32,000 nucleotides of DNA from Bacillus subtilis subsp. subtilis str. 168 (GTDB taxonomy: Bacteria > Bacillota > Bacilli > Bacillales > Bacillaceae): the NCBI RefSeq assembly GCF_000009045.1, contig NC_000964.3, positions 1,530,001-1,562,000 on the forward strand. The letters run 5' to 3'. Position numbers and translations under genes: made by a program. Position 1 is the stretch's first letter, and every line of letters starts with the position of its first letter. Positions 29,309-32,000 of this stretch are shown here, one piece after another. Below the pieces are notes generated by a model. That model saw nothing but the letters and a program-made list of their open reading frames with translations, was not told the DNA's origin and ran no database searches.

Positions 29309-30226
29309 ATGGCTAACTCCAGAATCTTAAATGATACAGCTATAGACGGACAAATTGAAGAAACAACGGCATGGAAAGATTTTCTGTCCCTTATTAAAAT
29401 AGGGATCGTCAATTCTAACCTCATCACGACTTTCACTGGAATGTGGCTTGCACTGCATATATCCGGTTTAAGTTTTTTAGGCAATATAAACACCGTTCTT
29501 CTTACGTTAATCGGGTCTTCACTGATTATTGCGGGCTCCTGCGCGATCAATAACTGGTATGACCGGGACATTGACCATCTTATGGAGCGTACGAAAGTAA
29601 GACCGACGGTTACGGGTAAAATTCAGCCGAGTCAGGCGTTATGGTCTGGAATTTTGCTGGTTGCTTTAGGATTGATCATGCTGCTGATGACAACTGTCAT
29701 GGCTGCTGTTATCGGTTTTATCGGAGTCTTTACGTATGTTGTATTGTACACAATGTGGACGAAACGCCGCTATACGATTAACACAGTAGTAGGAAGCGTT
29801 TCCGGTGCAGTGCCGCCGCTTATTGGATGGACGGCAGTGGAAGGGAATATCGGTGTCGTAGCATGGGTGTTATTCATGATTTTATTTATTTGGCAGATTC
29901 CTCACTTCTTAGCATTGGCTATTAAGAAAACTGAGGATTACAGAGCTGCAAATATTCCGATGCTTCCTGTCGTATACGGATTTGAAGTGACAAAAAGACA
30001 AATTATTGTGTGGGTTGCGTGCCTGATGCCGCTTCCGTTTTTCCTTGGTAGCCTGGGTCTTCCGATTGTCATTCTCGGCTTGCTGTTAAATATCGGCTGG
30101 CTGATTCTTGGCTTAATGGGATTCCGCTCCAAGAATATCATGAAGTGGGCAACGCAGATGTTCGTTTACTCGCTTAACTACATGACAATCTATTTCGTTG
30201 CCATGGTTGTCTTGACGCTTTTCTAA
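29309..30226 (+). CDS. ctaB: Protoheme IX farnesyltransferase / heme O synthase (305 aa)
   Basis: [20 protein letters not shown] motif; ATG at 29309 after AAGGGAGG. The track starts 29 codons early. Confidence 0.95.
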   Translation: MANSRILNDTAIDGQIEETTAWKDFLSLIKIGIVNSNLITTFTGMWLALHISGLSFLGNINTVLLTLIGSSLIIAGSCAINNWYDRDIDHLMERTKVRPTVTGKIQPSQALWSGILLVALGLIMLLMTTVMAAVIGFIGVFTYVVLYTMWTKRRYTINTVVGSVSGAVPPLIGWTAVEGNIGVVAWVLFMILFIWQIPHFLALAIKKTEDYRAANIPMLPVVYGFEVTKRQIIVWVACLMPLPFFLGSLGLPIVILGLLLNIGWLILGLMGFRSKNIMKWATQMFVYSLNYMTIYFVAMVVLTLF

Positions 30227-30283
30227 AAAATAGATATGATGCTTGTTTTATCGCTTCAAAATAAACGATGACAACTAGTAAAT

Positions 30284-30325
30284 GCCGCCTTGACCTCTTG
30301 TTTAATCAGGCGGCTTTACTTTTAT
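30284..30325 (+). terminator. Probable terminator between ctaB and ctaC
   Basis: gccgccttga ... tcaggcggc stem-loop followed by a T-rich run. Confidence 0.7.
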
Positions 30326-30465
30326 ACATAGATGGCATTTTGAGTAAAAAAACTCATAATTTAAGAGAAGAGGAAATGTAAGTGCTTTATTGGTGATAGG
30401 TTGGATGGCGATAGATTTCGATCCGCTTTCCGCCTTTGTATTGACCAGAAAAGGGGTTGGGTGAA

Positions 30466-31536
30466 ATGGTAAAGCATTGGCGTCTTATTTTATTATTAGC
30501 CTTAGTGCCGCTTCTATTAAGCGGATGTGGAAAACCTTTTTTATCCACGCTCAAGCCTGCTGGCGAGGTGGCTGATAAACAGTATGACCTGACAGTGCTC
30601 AGCACATTGATTATGGTGGTTGTTGTTGCAGTAGTATCTGTTATCTTCTTTTATGTGATTGTGAGATTCAGAAGATCACGGGTCGGTGAGAACACGATAC
30701 CGAAACAGGTAGAGGGGAATAAATTTTTAGAAATCACATGGACCGTGATCCCGATTTTGCTGCTCATTATTCTTGTGATTCCTGTTGTATTATATACGCT
30801 GGAGCTAGCGGACACATCACCAATGGATAAAAAAGGCCGCAAAGCTGAGGATGCTCTTGTAGTCAATGTTAGGGCAAATTTATACTGGTGGGAGTTTGAG
30901 TACCCTGATTACGGCATTATCACAAGCCAGGAGCTGATTGTACCGACAGATCAGCGTGTATATTTTAATTTAAAAGCCTCTGATGTAAAACATTCCTTCT
31001 GGATTCCTTCAGTTGGAGGAAAACTTGATACGAATACGGATAATGAAAATAAGTTCTTCCTGACATTTGATTCAAAACGAAGCAAAGAGGCAGGAGATAT
31101 GTTTTTTGGGAAGTGTGCAGAGCTTTGCGGCCCTTCACATGCGCTGATGGATTTTAAGGTGAAGACGATGTCTGCAAAAGAATTTCAGGGCTGGACAAAA
31201 GAAATGAAGAACTATAAGTCTACAGCAGAGAGCGATTTGGCTAAGCAGGGTGAAGAACTGTTTAAAGAGAAAAACTGCCTGAGCTGCCATGCGGTAGAGC
31301 CGAATGATAAGCGTGCAGAAGCCGCTAGAACGGCACCTAACTTGGCGACCTTCGGTGAAAGGACAAAAGTGGCAGGGGTGAAAGAGGCCAACAAAGAAAA
31401 TGTGAAGGCTTGGCTGAAGGACCCTGACAGCATAAAGCCGGGGAACAAAATGACAGGCACATATCCAAAGCTCTCAGACAGCGAAACAAATGCGCTTTAT
31501 GAATACTTAAAAGGCTTAAAAGCGGAAAGCAAGTAG
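30466..31536 (+). CDS. ctaC: Cytochrome caa3 oxidase subunit II with fused cytochrome c domain, lipoprotein (356 aa)
   Basis: Lipobox LLLSGC, CuA site CAELCGPSHALM, C-terminal CLSCH heme-binding motif; ATG at 30466 after AAAAGGGG. Confidence 0.95.
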   Translation: MVKHWRLILLLALVPLLLSGCGKPFLSTLKPAGEVADKQYDLTVLSTLIMVVVVAVVSVIFFYVIVRFRRSRVGENTIPKQVEGNKFLEITWTVIPILLLIILVIPVVLYTLELADTSPMDKKGRKAEDALVVNVRANLYWWEFEYPDYGIITSQELIVPTDQRVYFNLKASDVKHSFWIPSVGGKLDTNTDNENKFFLTFDSKRSKEAGDMFFGKCAELCGPSHALMDFKVKTMSAKEFQGWTKEMKNYKSTAESDLAKQGEELFKEKNCLSCHAVEPNDKRAEAARTAPNLATFGERTKVAGVKEANKENVKAWLKDPDSIKPGNKMTGTYPKLSDSETNALYEYLKGLKAESK

Positions 31537-31568
31537 GGAAGAAAGGGAGATATTGGGGGAGGTCACAT

Positions 31569-32000
31569 ATGTTGAATGCGCTTACAGAAAAGCGGACGCG
31601 CGGATCTATGCTTTGGGATTATTTGACGACGGTGGACCATAAAAAAATCGCAATTCTTTATTTAGTGGCAGGGGGATTCTTCTTTCTTGTCGGGGGAATT
31701 GAAGCGATGTTTATCAGAATTCAGCTTGCAAAGCCGGAAAATGCGTTTCTCAGTGCTCAAGCGTACAATGAAGTAATGACTATGCACGGAACGACGATGA
31801 TCTTTCTGGCTGCGATGCCGCTCTTATTTGCCTTGATGAATGCGGTTGTGCCTTTGCAGATCGGGGCTCGGGACGTTTCGTTTCCATTTTTAAACGCGCT
31901 TGGTTTTTGGCTCTTCTTTTTCGGGGGCATTTTCTTAAATCTAAGCTGGTTTTTGGGCGGAGCGCCAGATGCGGGCTGGACATCATATGCCTCACTTTCG
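31569..32000 (+). CDS. ctaD: Cytochrome caa3 oxidase subunit I (5' part, truncated by window end; absent from the track)
   Basis: GGGGGAGGT then ATG TTG AAT GCG; translates MLNALTEKRTRGSMLWDYLTTVDHKKIAILYLVAGGFFFLVGGIEAMFIR... with open frame to window end. Confidence 0.95.
   Translation, partial: MLNALTEKRTRGSMLWDYLTTVDHKKIAILYLVAGGFFFLVGGIEAMFIRIQLAKPENAFLSAQAYNEVMTMHGTTMIFLAAMPLLFALMNAVVPLQIGARDVSFPFLNALGFWLFFFGGIFLNLSWFLGGAPDAGWTSYASLS

Noticed and set aside
1-32000. Defence system, prophage, transposon, CRISPR array or biosynthetic gene cluster
   Set aside because: No integrase, transposase, Cas, toxin-antitoxin or NRPS/PKS-type proteins among the ORFs, and no regularly spaced direct repeats or att-like duplications noticed by eye. 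A systematic repeat search was not possible.
1-32000. Frameshifted or disrupted genes
   Set aside because: Every recognised core gene reads full length with an intact start and stop, apart from pdhB and ctaD, which are cut by the window edges.

Overview
All clearly supported content is ordinary Firmicutes chromosomal core. Protein sequences and gene order match my recall of the Bacillus subtilis pdhBCD - slp - SR1/SR1P - speA - yktAB - ykzI - suhB(yktC) - ykzC - yktD - nprE - ylaABCD - ylaE - ylaF - bipA(ylaG) - ylaHIJ - ylaK - ylaL - glsA2(ylaM) - ylaN - ftsW - pycA - ctaA / ctaBCD region. I see no rRNA, tRNA, CRISPR array, prophage or transposon, and I did not find a convincing undescribed multi-gene system. 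The most notable element missing from the ORF track is a 39-codon ORF at 4120-4239 inside a small transcript unit with its own promoter and terminator. I recognise it as the known dual-function sRNA SR1 and its peptide SR1P. Other points worth a second look: an ECF-like promoter ahead of the ylaABCD sigma/anti-sigma operon, a 45-residue triple repeat in YlaE, short leader ORFs ahead of pycA and ctaC, a hairpin between pdhB and pdhC, and an unexplained gap between pycA and ctaA. The supplied track labels slp (3327-3701) as + strand, but the sequence shows it on the - strand. Identifications rest on reading and recall, not on database searches.
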